A stretch of DNA of 64,000 nucleotides from Penicillus capitatus (Eukaryota; Plantae; Chlorophyta): positions 620,001-684,000 of the forward strand of contig OZ287706.1 in NCBI GenBank assembly GCA_965649825.1, read 5' to 3'. Of this stretch, positions 12,541 to 22,807 are shown in pieces (position 1 is the first letter of the stretch; each line of letters begins with the position of its first letter). A program made the position numbers and the translations under genes. The notes below the pieces were generated by a model. The model was given only the letters and a program-made list of their open reading frames with translations, searched no databases and was not told the DNA's origin.

Positions 12541-12958
12541 GAGTCGTCGTAAATGCACAATGGTCAGTGGACAAAGTCGTCAAAATGTCGTCAACGAAGT
12601 CGTCACCTGTGGGCATACGATGGGGGCGGCAACTTCACGACCGTGGGGATCGACCCGTATGCGGATGGTGCAGTTGGCCAGTTCGAGAAGTACGACCGCG
12701 GGGGTTCGATTCCTGCGCCGGACACAGAGGAGGGTAGTCCCATCAGAGTTGACCCGGATGTGTCTGACGAGCCCGCGCCGAGTTAGAGGGGTTACGGCGG
12801 GGAAAGGACAACGTCGAGCCAGTTCGGGGGCCGACGATGGAGTCACCACCTGGACAAAAACTTTTGTCCTCTTGCCCTTTGATTCTTTTCGCCGCTGAAA
12901 ACAGAGCTGTAAGGATTTCTTTCGTATCCGTCCGAACATTCGCCATCGCGTATCGCGA
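12541..12958 (+). mobile_element. Dispersed tRNA/5S-like composite element, copy 1 (SINE-like or Pol III RNA gene)
   Basis: A box TGGTGCAGTTGG 12666-12677; B box GGTTCGATTCC 12703-12713; 5S loop-C-like TCCCATCAGA 12738-12747; homologous to 55190-55627 and 60431-60857. Confidence 0.65.
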
Positions 12959-14689
12959 AAAGCAGGATTTTTTAGACGAACTAGACTCCGTTCTGCGTTT
13001 ACAGTCGTTCGTTTAGAACGCACATAAATTCGACTGCAGGTTCCATTCCGTTTTTTCTCTTTAGTTGCGATTTCGTCTAGCAATTTGGTGGAAATCGGCC
13101 GAAGGGCGAATTTCCAAAGAGTCTTTGCTTGACGTCTCATGTTTGAGCAACTCTGAGTGTCTCTGAGAAACGATCCTGAAGCATACATACCCTTGATGAC
13201 TTCAATATCGAACTTTCTGTCGTTACCCATTTAGTTTTAGTATCGACAGCTTCTATCGTGAAGGATCAAACTCGTACGCTTTTGATTCCTCGTGAAGAAA
13301 GCAGATTCCTTTGACATGAGGCATGAACTCTGTTTTGGCTCGTACAAGCGTGCCTTATGCACAGCACTTGCAGAAATCTTTGAAAAAAGCAGTCAACCAT
13401 TGTCCAGTCTGCTATCGCGATTCAATCTATTGAGTGGCTGAATGTTTCAGCCGTGTTGTCCACCACAAACGCACGACGCTTTTTTTTTGTACAAAACGAT
13501 GTACAGCTCGCAGAAACTGCGCCTGTTATCATTTCTCTTTGACAGTCAGTTTACTGCAGCAGCATCCCCCGTCTCGTAGTATTTTTGTGCAACGCGTCAT
13601 ACGTGTTGTCATCGAATCGTGGTTATCACTACAGGAGTACAGGTTGCATCAAACATGGGTCGTGCCGTAGCCACCACCTCAACACTTTCTTCTTTTAGAC
13701 CTCTTTTTGGAGTATGTATGCAAAAGTTTACGTTACATCTTGTTTGGCGTTTTGTAGCGATGTCTGCATACGGGACAACTTTATTGGAGAATAACGGACA
13801 GCCAACTGGTTATCACTACTCTTTCTTGAGCATGAGTCCCCAATGCTCAACGCTCTCGAGACGCACAGCCAAACGCAGGACGAACTGACCGCTTATGTGC
13901 ACCGCCTTCGTCGTCGTCCAAATCCACACCGAAAGAAGCCAACGCTGGTCATACCGCAAAAAGATAACGCATCTATCTGAAAACGCCGTGTTTGCCCCTC
14001 TAACAAGCAAAAAAGTCTACGGATTGAACGATGCTCTTCAAAAAATCCAATACAGACAACATTCGACAGAAGAAATCAGCCGATTAAGAACGGGACAGGA
14101 GGAAATGTTACGATGCATCCTAACAACTGAACAATCGCCTTTCGACATCGTGCACATCCAGAGGCGTTCCGGCAGATGTCCTTCCTTACAGACGACGTTC
14201 ACTTGAAAACAGCAGCGCCGCCAAAGAAGAGCGCAAACATAGAGACACAAACCAAGCAGAGTCTACACCGCAATGCACGTAGGGACGATTTCCCCTGACC
14301 TCTCTCCTAATACTCCGTGCGGATAGTCGGTCTCGCATCTCCTCGGACAGTATCCAGCCGTGGGTGGGCCCATTGTTAATCTCTCGTTACATGACGGTGA
14401 CGTCGTTGCACCACTGTTTATGGGTGGGTACAATAATCGTAAACCCGATACAAGTATTGTGTTTTTTCGCGGATATATATATGCTCAACAGCATTCAGTT
14501 CTACGAACGATTCTTCCGACACTGGAAAAACCAACGGGAATTTATACAATCCGAACCGCTCATGATATATCCAGCCACGGCCAATGACACTTACGCATCA
14601 GCATATGTTTTCCAGCCCCAACCTCATACCCCTATCCATGAGACTTGTTTTTTCAATGCAACAAAAACAATGCAGAAAAACAAATGACA

Positions 14690-15089
14690 TCACGCGCAGC
14701 CATCCAAGAGGAGGCGCTTGGATATTCTGTCTAGCTGTTTGCGCTTCCTCAATGCAAAGCGCTTCTTGTGAGAGCCCTGCTCCTGTAGGCATCTCATCTG
14801 TTGTATTCTCATGCAGTCGTCGCAGGTCTGGTAAGGCGTGTTCCGAAGACCCGGTTTTCCGCACACGGGGCATTTATATATGCAAGGAAAGCGGTAATGG
14901 CCATTTTCGTCCGGCTTTCCTAACGAACGCAAGGCAACGCACATACAAACAGTGTCTGAGGTAGAGGTACCGAGACATACCCCAATTCGGGTACTGCTTG
15001 TCGACCGCTTTCTTGCAGTTCTTGCATAGAGTGAACATGCCATTGTGTCCCTTTTGGTGACACTTTGGACAACCAAATGCGTTTCCCAT
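14690..15089 (-). CDS. Small protein with two CPxC...CxxC zinc-ribbon-like units (5' end uncertain)
   Basis: MGNAFGCPKCHQKGHNGMFTLCKNC...PNW joined across a GT-AG intron to GKPDENGHYRFPCIYKCPVCGKPGLRNTPYQTCDDC. Confidence 0.5.
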
Positions 15090-15371
15090 GGGTTTCACGC
15101 GCAACAACGAAAATCGTTAGACAAACGCCAACCGTTGACAGGCAGGACTGGCTTTGAACCGCTTCTGCTGCTTCGTGATGTGACGATGCAACGCGCTGCA
15201 AGACTGTTCCGTCTCTGGCGTCCTGCGCCGCCAGATGAGGCGCGGCAATCGCTGTTAGACGAATCGCCCGGGCAACACAGCGATGACGGCGCACTTATCG
15301 AGGCAACGACACCACCGGTTCGCACCCCGTAACGACGGCCACGGCATATCACGCCCTTGCAATTGCAGGCT

Positions 15372-16468
15372 ATGGGCCGTTGGTCGAATACGTCACGAAC
15401 TGAGTTTCTAAACTACTGCCAGCGATTTGCCTATGTGGTAGGCGCGACACGATCTTCGACTCTCCCTTCTCATATCGCCCTAGGGTTACTGGTGTGGACT
15501 GCTGGTTCTCAACTTCGGCATCTGTCGCTTGTTTGTGTCTTGGGATCATCTCCCGTCCGATGGCGATAGTCATGAAGACGCCTACGATGTTTACAACAGC
15601 ATCAATCACATGCTCTTCTACGGTATCATCTTGGCCTGGTTCACCGCCATCACGGAGATCGAGCGTGCCAAGTGGCTCTTTCATTGGTACGCGCATTTTC
15701 ACACCGCTTCTCTCCTGCACCCGAATGCTTTTGTAGGAGACGTTGGTATTTCTATGTGCTGTTCTTCGTCGTCAGTCCTATCTATTCCCTCATTAGCAAT
15801 GCCGAGTCCCTACAACACAGCTTTGAAGATGTGCGTGATTGGGGCGGCGCGATGTGGTCCGTCATTGCTCTCGGTAGGCCATCTGGCAACATTGACCGTT
15901 CTCAATACCACTCTTCTCTCCAGCATCCGCTGCGGCGCTTGTGATCGTCATCTGGCATCTGTACTATGCCTTCAAAAATTACTCCGTCTATGGCATGGCC
16001 ATGTATCTCCTCCTTCGCATCTTTGTCATCGTGTATGCTGTCACATCACTCGCGTATCTACTGGTCGTAGCCGCCAGTGTTGTCTTTAGGTACTACTGGG
16101 TGTTTTCGGCGTTGATGGAAGATACGCATCACAGTGATATGCATCTGCATCACTACTTTACTGCTTGGCTACTGGCGATGTTCGCTGAGTTCAATCACCC
16201 CATCTCCGTCATTCTGTTGGGCACGTTGTCCTCTGTCTTTGTCCAAGGCATCGGCGCATACGGCTTCGATCCCCTATTCAATGATGTGACGTGTCGCGTC
16301 CTGAAGGCAGATCAATTCGGTCGCTGCGACTTCTATTCAAGTGGCGACTTCAAAATGGAGATGTGTCCGGGCAAGTACGATGATGTGACGTTTAAATGTT
16401 ACCGACGACCGAGGTCAACCTTCACCGTCAACGAAGCAGACACTCCTGATTTTCTGACAGGCATTTAA
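15372..16468 (+). CDS. Uncharacterised multi-pass membrane protein (spliced)
   Basis: Successive hydrophobic exons separated by short GT-AG introns; final exon is the 15941-16468 ORF. Confidence 0.6.
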
Positions 16469-16618
16469 TGGACCCATTTTAGTCTGAAGTCGGCATTGGT
16501 TTCTTTCTCTACCCTTTTACATGACGTGACGTGATAGTAAGTGTCTTTTCAAATCTAACTCAAGCTTTGCATTTCTCTTAACCAATCCATCGACTATGTC
16601 TCGATGACGCATCCGCAT

Positions 16619-17097
16619 TTATGTCGTCCCATGAGCCTGGCAGGGTGTGTAACTGCCATCGTGCATAAGATGAATGACAGATCCCTGACCTTGATGATGG
16701 TTGTCATGGAATCTTGAAATTTTCGAACCTCCTTTGACGTTACCTATCACAAAATCAAGACAGCGATATCTTCCATCCGTTCGATGCACGAACGCACCGT
16801 CGTACTGATGTGACGTTTCCCATCCTTGGCTCGAACCAGCAGACAGTACGTACCTTCCTACACCAGACGCCGACGCGTCGTCGCTGCAGAGGACAGAAGC
16901 GCCGGTCACTTCTGTCGTCGCATCGCGGCGTCGTTTGGATTTGAGATTGGCTACAGTGCACGCGCATTGCGTCGAGAAGACAACGAACGTAACGTACAGC
17001 GTTTCATCGTCAAGCGCACGGTCCCACCTTTGCCCTTGTTTCTCTCGTACATTCTCGAGAGTTCCAACAAAAAGGGATCCGCTTCCAAAAGCACCAT
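16619..17097 (-). CDS. SRP14: Signal recognition particle 14 kDa subunit
   Basis: Spliced translation MVLLEADPFLLELSRMYERNKGKGGTVRLTMKR...EGTYCLLVRAKDGKRHISTTVTSKEVRKFQDSMTTIIKAH. Confidence 0.85.
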
Positions 17098-17127
17098 CTC
17101 GACGGACTCAATGCACGGATGGGACGT

Positions 17128-17806
17128 CTAGGATGAAGACGTCTTCTCATCACTGACAGACCTCTGACGCTTCTCCTTAGCCTCACGAATGCCGCGACGC
17201 AGACCCAGTACTGCAGCACAGATCATGCAGGTGTTTTCGGTGCAGGCCCATAGGTCTGTTTACCGATGAAGAGATTGGTAATGGTCAGAAAGAGTTCTGC
17301 GCCGCCATGGAGCCAATCGACATTTGATAAACTCGTACCGTATTGCGTTTTAGCTACGAACAGAGAAGAGTGTGACGCATTTGTGTGAGTGAGGGTACCG
17401 TAGATGCCGGCAGGGATCGAAACGCCGACGAAGACGAGGAGGAAATAGAAACCAAAGAGTGTCATCGGCGGTGTCTTGTTCGAACGTGTCAGATAGAAAA
17501 GGAAAAAGATATAGGGCACCAAACTCGCCGCAAAGATCGGTGGAGCTAAGCTCTGTCAAACATGAGCGAGCACAACGCCTCGATGGCGCTCCAGTATAGA
17601 GACCTCACCGCCTGGTCCACATTTGGTGCCCACGCTTGGTCAAAAGGAAAGACGCTGAGAGGCGTCGAACGCCACGGCAGGTGGACGTCTCGTGCCCGGC
17701 GCCGATAGTGTGGCAGACGTGGGTCGGTGTGAAGCATCGGACGCCGTAGCGGTCCTCGATGCAGCGTAGCCCCCAGCGGACATCGTGATCCCACGCGAAG
17801 CGACAT
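17128..17806 (-). CDS. DUF3593 (Ycf49-like) plastid membrane protein
   Basis: TLFGFYFLLVFVGVSIPAGIY/AKTQYGTSLSNVDWLHGGAELFLTITNLFI/VLGLRRG; Arg-rich transit-like N-terminus. Confidence 0.85.
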
Positions 17807-17850
17807 CTGACCGGCGATCGTGGTCATCGTCGCATTCAGAACGGTGAAGG

Positions 17851-18841
17851 ATGTTGCGTCGCACGGCGGCATCACTCGGCGTGCTCAGTCGTCGCGCAAT
17901 CGCGGTGAGCGTCGATCAATTGACAGGGCCTCTTCTGAACGTGCCGTTATCCAAAGGCGCGGAGCTTCGCCTCGACGGCCGAGGAGGAAATCAAAAACAG
18001 CGAAGCCATGTTCGCACCGACCGAATTCAAAGTCTCGGGCGTTATCCTGGAGGAGAACGCCGAGTAAGATGCGCTGCGTTTAGGCGCCGACGCAAGTATA
18101 TGGAACGGCTGGGCGTTATGCTTCGGCCTGTTGGTCTGCGGCTGCCAAAGCGCAGAAACTCGAGAAAGTTGAGAAGGAACTGGAAGACGTGTGTTCTCCT
18201 TTCTCGATCGCATTGCCGTGATTCTTTTGCGGATGTTGCGGAGGCTAGATCAAGAAGGTATGTGAAGAGAAGCCGGAGTTTCTCCAGTCCTTGGCCGATC
18301 CGACGGAACTGCGCCACAAGAAAATCCAAAACGTCCATGACATCTTCAGCAATGTCGGCGTCGACAAGATTTTGACAAATCTCTTTGGTGCGTCTCGGGA
18401 TGCGGATCGCGCGACGGTTGAGAAAAGGAGTGGCGTGTAGTGACGATGGCAGAGAACGGCAGAATGGGACTCGTTCCTAAAGTCATTGGCAGTTACAAGA
18501 AGCTCATGAGCGCCCACAGAAAAGAAACCGTCGTTTCTGTCACCATTGCCGAAGTGAGACATGTCAATGTCACTCTTCTCACTCTTTTCACAGGAGATAA
18601 CCGAAGAAGAACAAGAACAGCTGCTCGCTTCGCTAAGTACTGCATCCCGCCGCCTTTCAAAAGCGAAGGCCTGTGTCCAGAGAAGAAGATTGGAACGGAC
18701 CGTAGCATTGCGATGGAGATGGAAGTGGACCCTGAGTTGATCGGAGGGTTGATTGTGGAATGGGATGATGCTTACAGAATGGATTTATCTGTTGCCAGCA
18801 GCATCAAGAGACTGGAAGCTGAGCTCCTGGATGCTTTCTGA
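17851..18841 (+). CDS. ATP5O: Mitochondrial ATP synthase OSCP (delta-family) subunit
   Basis: Presequence MLRRTAASLGVLSRR; MAENGRMGLVPKVIGSYKKLMSAHRKE; C-terminal VDPELIGGLIVEWDD...DLSVASSIKRLE. Confidence 0.85.
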
Positions 18842-20029
18842 TGAGATACCTCATGTCGTATAGCAAGTGCATAACGACGTGACCTTGAGGCACTGGCAGA
18901 CAGAAAAACTCGATTTCTAAATCCCGAAGTGCATGGGAAATGTCTTCCATATGGAGATGCGATGCACGGATCGCATCGACGAACGCTCGCATCGTTTCGG
19001 GGTTCCGCACAAGAGTGAGCAGAAAACAGCAGGGAATAGGGATCGGCCATGCTCTGCCGCCAAAGGTGTGCGTGATCGAGCGGCACTGTTTGGTGATCAG
19101 AGCGCGCTCCATGAAGGCAATCAGTGAAGGAATGCAGCCTACAAGACGCATGACGTTTCAAGGGTCGATCGACCCTTAGCGTCTGACTTGTGTCATAGAG
19201 CAGATCTGCACCGATGAGGATTTCTGCCATCCACGGACACTCTTGTCTCCACTCCAATTGAGTGACGTAGACGCCTTGAGGCAGCGGGTGTGAACAGGGG
19301 GCGTCGAACTTGACGCCGTTCATCATGAGATTGTGTTTGCAGTTCTGCACCGTCTCTTCGTTTCCATCCGTGAGAATGAGGGCGCTCGGTGCAGCTCTGT
19401 GCAAACATACCGCCGTCGCGCCGGCGCCGCAGCCCAATTCCAGTATCACGCGATCTGCAAGTAGGTCTCCTCCATCGCGACACGTGATGTCGAGTCCTCA
19501 CTCTACCGGCGAAGAAAGACGAATAATTGAGAGCGAATAGGCCCATAAGATGTCCCGCTTCCCAGTCTCGACATCCCGTTCCCCCTTGAAGAATGTTTGC
19601 ACTTATGCGAAGCGTCACGTGGCCCAACTCCTGCCCATCTCTCGTTCCATATGTCAATGTCTTGTGACACCATCTCTCCTCCTACACGTTCGCCCCAAAA
19701 ATGCCGTGCAGATCACAAACGCGAGAGTGAGGTGACAGGAGAGGCAGGTTGCAGCAGAAGTTCGGCATAGTAGACGACAAGATCCTCGTGAAGAGCCTCG
19801 CGGTCCCTCTCGGCCGTGTCAATCGCTCGACGCAGAACCCTCTTGGCGTAGCCACTGTCTACGACCTGCGTCGCGGACGCATCGCGCACACACGATAGCA
19901 GCATCTCCTGCGCTTTCTCCCCGAGGCAGCCAAACGTCTCTTTCAACGCAGCGATCATCTGAGGCCACACTCTTGTGGCGAAACCTTCTTCGCGAAAGCG
20001 AAGACAACGTCACTCGGTGGCGCACGCAT
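18804..20029 (-). CDS. Protein-lysine methyltransferase, EEF2KMT/FAM86-like
   Basis: GGTGCRDWEAG, ILELGCGAG, LILTDGNEETVQN, LIGADLLYD motifs. Confidence 0.8.
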
Positions 20030-20109
20030 TCGATAGAGATAGCGCGTTTTCTGCTCGTGGGTCAGCATCGGCGATGCGGTTCCGTTGCCGATGATACATT
20101 GACGGTGCA

Positions 20110-22062
20110 TCAAATGGCCACGGCCGAGAGTCCACTGCGTCCATATAGAAGAGGCGCACAGGGCATCCATGCATTCGCTTCCGGAACATAGCACTCAACG
20201 CCATCACTGGTCACATCATTTCCAGAATTGCCGCCCAGTACATAGACTCGATCGTTGAGCGCCGCCGCTCCAAAACTCGAACGCGCGATGCTCATGTCCT
20301 GCACGTCATGCCACTTGCCTTCACGAGGATCCAATGCTTCGACGCTGCACAAACGCACGCGCTGTTCGTTGAGACCGCCGATGGCGTAGAGTCTTCCCGC
20401 CGCCGAGCAGAGGGAAAAATACTTCCGAGGGGTCGTCAATCGAGAGGCGGCAAGAAGCGTCCAGTGATCTGAGCCGTAACTCAAGACTTCAATACTGTGA
20501 TGGATATGCCACTCGGATTGGCCTCCCACGGCGTAGAGATCTCCGTGCACAGAGGCGAGTCCAAAAGAGCCGCGGGCTTCACACATATCGGAGCCGTCGG
20601 TCCACTCGATAGCCTCCTCGCTCTCACGCAGAATCTCTGTTCTCGTCGTCGAGCCCAGCAATCCTGTCCGGCCACCGCAGACGTACAAAGCAGATCCGAC
20701 GACAGCCACTCCGGCATGGATTCTGGGAGTGTTGAGCGGCGAGCAGCTTTTCCAGTAACGGTGACGTTTGTCATACCGACAGACGTTGGTGCAGTACATA
20801 GATCCTCCGATGACGAAGACACTACGAGACAGCGCCGCCGCTCCAGCGAGAGAGAATGCCGTTGGCATCGAAGGGGCACTGGTCCATACATTGTCCAGTG
20901 GATAATAGAGCTCCGCCGTCTTGAATGTCCGCCATGACGCATCGTGTCCACCTAGACCACACTCACTATTACACAGACACCGGTACATCGGTCTTTCTCG
21001 CCGGCGATCAAAATGTGCGTCGGTGCACGGGAACGGAGGAGATCTACGTCGGGTGGCATCTCTTGCCGTTCCTGCTGATGGAGAAGAGCGGATGAGTTCA
21101 GTCCTGCCGCTTCCACTTCTCTTGTCAAGACCGAAAGCGGTAAGCGAATGCACGAAAGGACCTCTCCAGCTTCAGCGCAGCTTGACGTCGGATGGGCGCG
21201 GATCCATTCCAAAGCGAACATCAAGATCTGACGCTCCTGTGCGAGAACCCGCCACTCCCCTCAAGAAAGATGCGGCCGGCGGCTGGGCTTACGGATTCGA
21301 TGGCGATGTCTTGATTTTGGATGATCTGCAGAACGGTCTCTTTGGATAACGGCCCGATGTGTGACCCCAGATTCGGCAAGAGTAGCACATCGCTGAAGCG
21401 CTGACAGATGTAGTGCACCTCGAGATCGATCGTCAGTCATCGGCTTTGTGACGTCATAAGTGTTACCACGTGTTCTTTGAGGTCGAGACAACCGTAGCGC
21501 TCGGCCAGCTCCAGCACCGACAGTCCATTCTCCACACTCAAAATCCACCGTAGATACTACATCCAACATTCCAAACCTCATCTTCAAGCACTCACACCTG
21601 TCACATCAAGGACAGTACTTCGCAGCAGACGTCACGGATGGTCGGAATTTCTAACACGTTAGCTGTTTCCAATATCGTCTCAAGGCTCTCCGATGATACC
21701 TAGGCGTGCGTGTGGTGAAAGAGTGATTTATAAGAGCGAATGGAGGTTGTCTTTACCTCGAGTGTGTTGGTATAGATAGCGTTCATCACGGAATGCAGCC
21801 CGTCGCCTGTCACACCCTGTAGCTTCACCACATTCTCGCCAGAAGGCAGCCGCATTCGATTCTCCGTCATCTCGCAGCCCGTTCCCGTAAACAGCGCCCG
21901 AAAGAAGGGAGAGATGGACGCCAGGACGAGTTTGTGACTCTTGATCGCGACGCCATCCGACGTGTGTAGGACGACGTCACACAACTGCTCTTGTTTCCAG
22001 AGCGACGCCAATGCCGAACCTTCTGTCAAGAGATTCTGCAGCGAGAATTTCAGCGTCTGCAT
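20110..22062 (-). CDS. BTB-BACK-Kelch protein (start uncertain)
   Basis: BTB segment LCDVVL...HKLVLASISPFFRALF; multiple GG-containing Kelch repeats in the 20110-21153 ORF. Confidence 0.85.
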
Positions 22063-22248
22063 ACAACTGGTGTCACGTCCGAGTGAGTGGCGGTGTCGAA
22101 ACGAACCCCTTCGGCAGATGGCGTCGTGTCGGACGCTTCTGCTGGGAGCGTACGGCGTTGAACGAATCGCCCACGCATTAACGCGTTCCTTCGAAAAATT
22201 GACGTCGTTCGGTCGCTCTGCAAAAGAAATAAGGAGACGCGGATATCA

Positions 22249-22755
22249 ATGGCGGCAGGCACAGTGGAACTCACGCCTTTCATTGATAGTACTTAAGCAC
22301 TTCGACGTCGACATCCGGTTCGGCACCGCCGTGTAGGTGTCGTTTGCGTCCTGACGAATGACGGAAGAATTATTGTTGTGAGCGGCAATCTCGACCTACA
22401 GCGGACGGAGGAGCGTCGTGTGCTGTGGTAGGGCTATCTGCGTGGATTCGATCAGATGACGAATCTGGTCTTGACAGAATGCCACGAACGGGTCTTCTCA
22501 ACAGAAGTGAGTAACGGGCGCTCACCACTAAGACGTTTGAGAGATGCTGTGCCGCAGAGCGGCGTGGAGCAGGTTGCACTGGGAACATATCTCGTCCGAG
22601 GAGACAACGTGTAAGGAATGCACACAGAATGTCTTCATGGCACGATGAGATGGTTGTCCAGGGCCATCGTTGGCGAAATCGACGAGGAGCTCGACAATCG
22701 GTTTGATTTCACGCAGATGCGTGCCCCTCCTTTAAGGGCAGTGTTCAACGCTTAA
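22249..22755 (+). CDS. LSM8: U6 snRNA-associated Sm-like protein LSm8
   Basis: VCVLTNDGRIIV/GTLRGFDQMTNLVLTECHERVFST/SGVEQVALGTYLVRGDNV/AIVGEIDEELD. Confidence 0.9.
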
Positions 22756-22807
22756 CGATCGCTTCTTTGAGTCTTGTTCGCGCAGTCGATCGCGTTCGCA
22801 AAGAGCC

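Noticed and set aside
12660-12725. Functional tRNA gene
   Set aside because: No acceptor stem or proper anticodon arm, and A-to-B box spacing is short; only the promoter boxes and a T-loop are recognisable.
12762-12806. Hammerhead ribozyme core (CTGACGA...GAAA) in element copy 1
   Set aside because: Copies 2 and 3 read CTGGCGA, and no stem I can form next to a candidate NUH site.
12600-12880. SRP RNA, RNase P/MRP or telomerase RNA identity for the element
   Set aside because: Lacks the SRP helix-8 motif, the GGAAAGUCC-type CR-I motif and a CCCUAA template.
12521-12959. Terminal inverted repeats (TTCGCGAGA / TATCGCGAA) or target-site duplications around the element
   Set aside because: Present only at copy 1; no consistent TIR or TSD at copies 2 and 3.
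12515-13230. ORFs overlapping the three element copies
   Set aside because: Frames differ among copies and the translations resemble nothing I recognise; likely by-products of GC-rich structured DNA.
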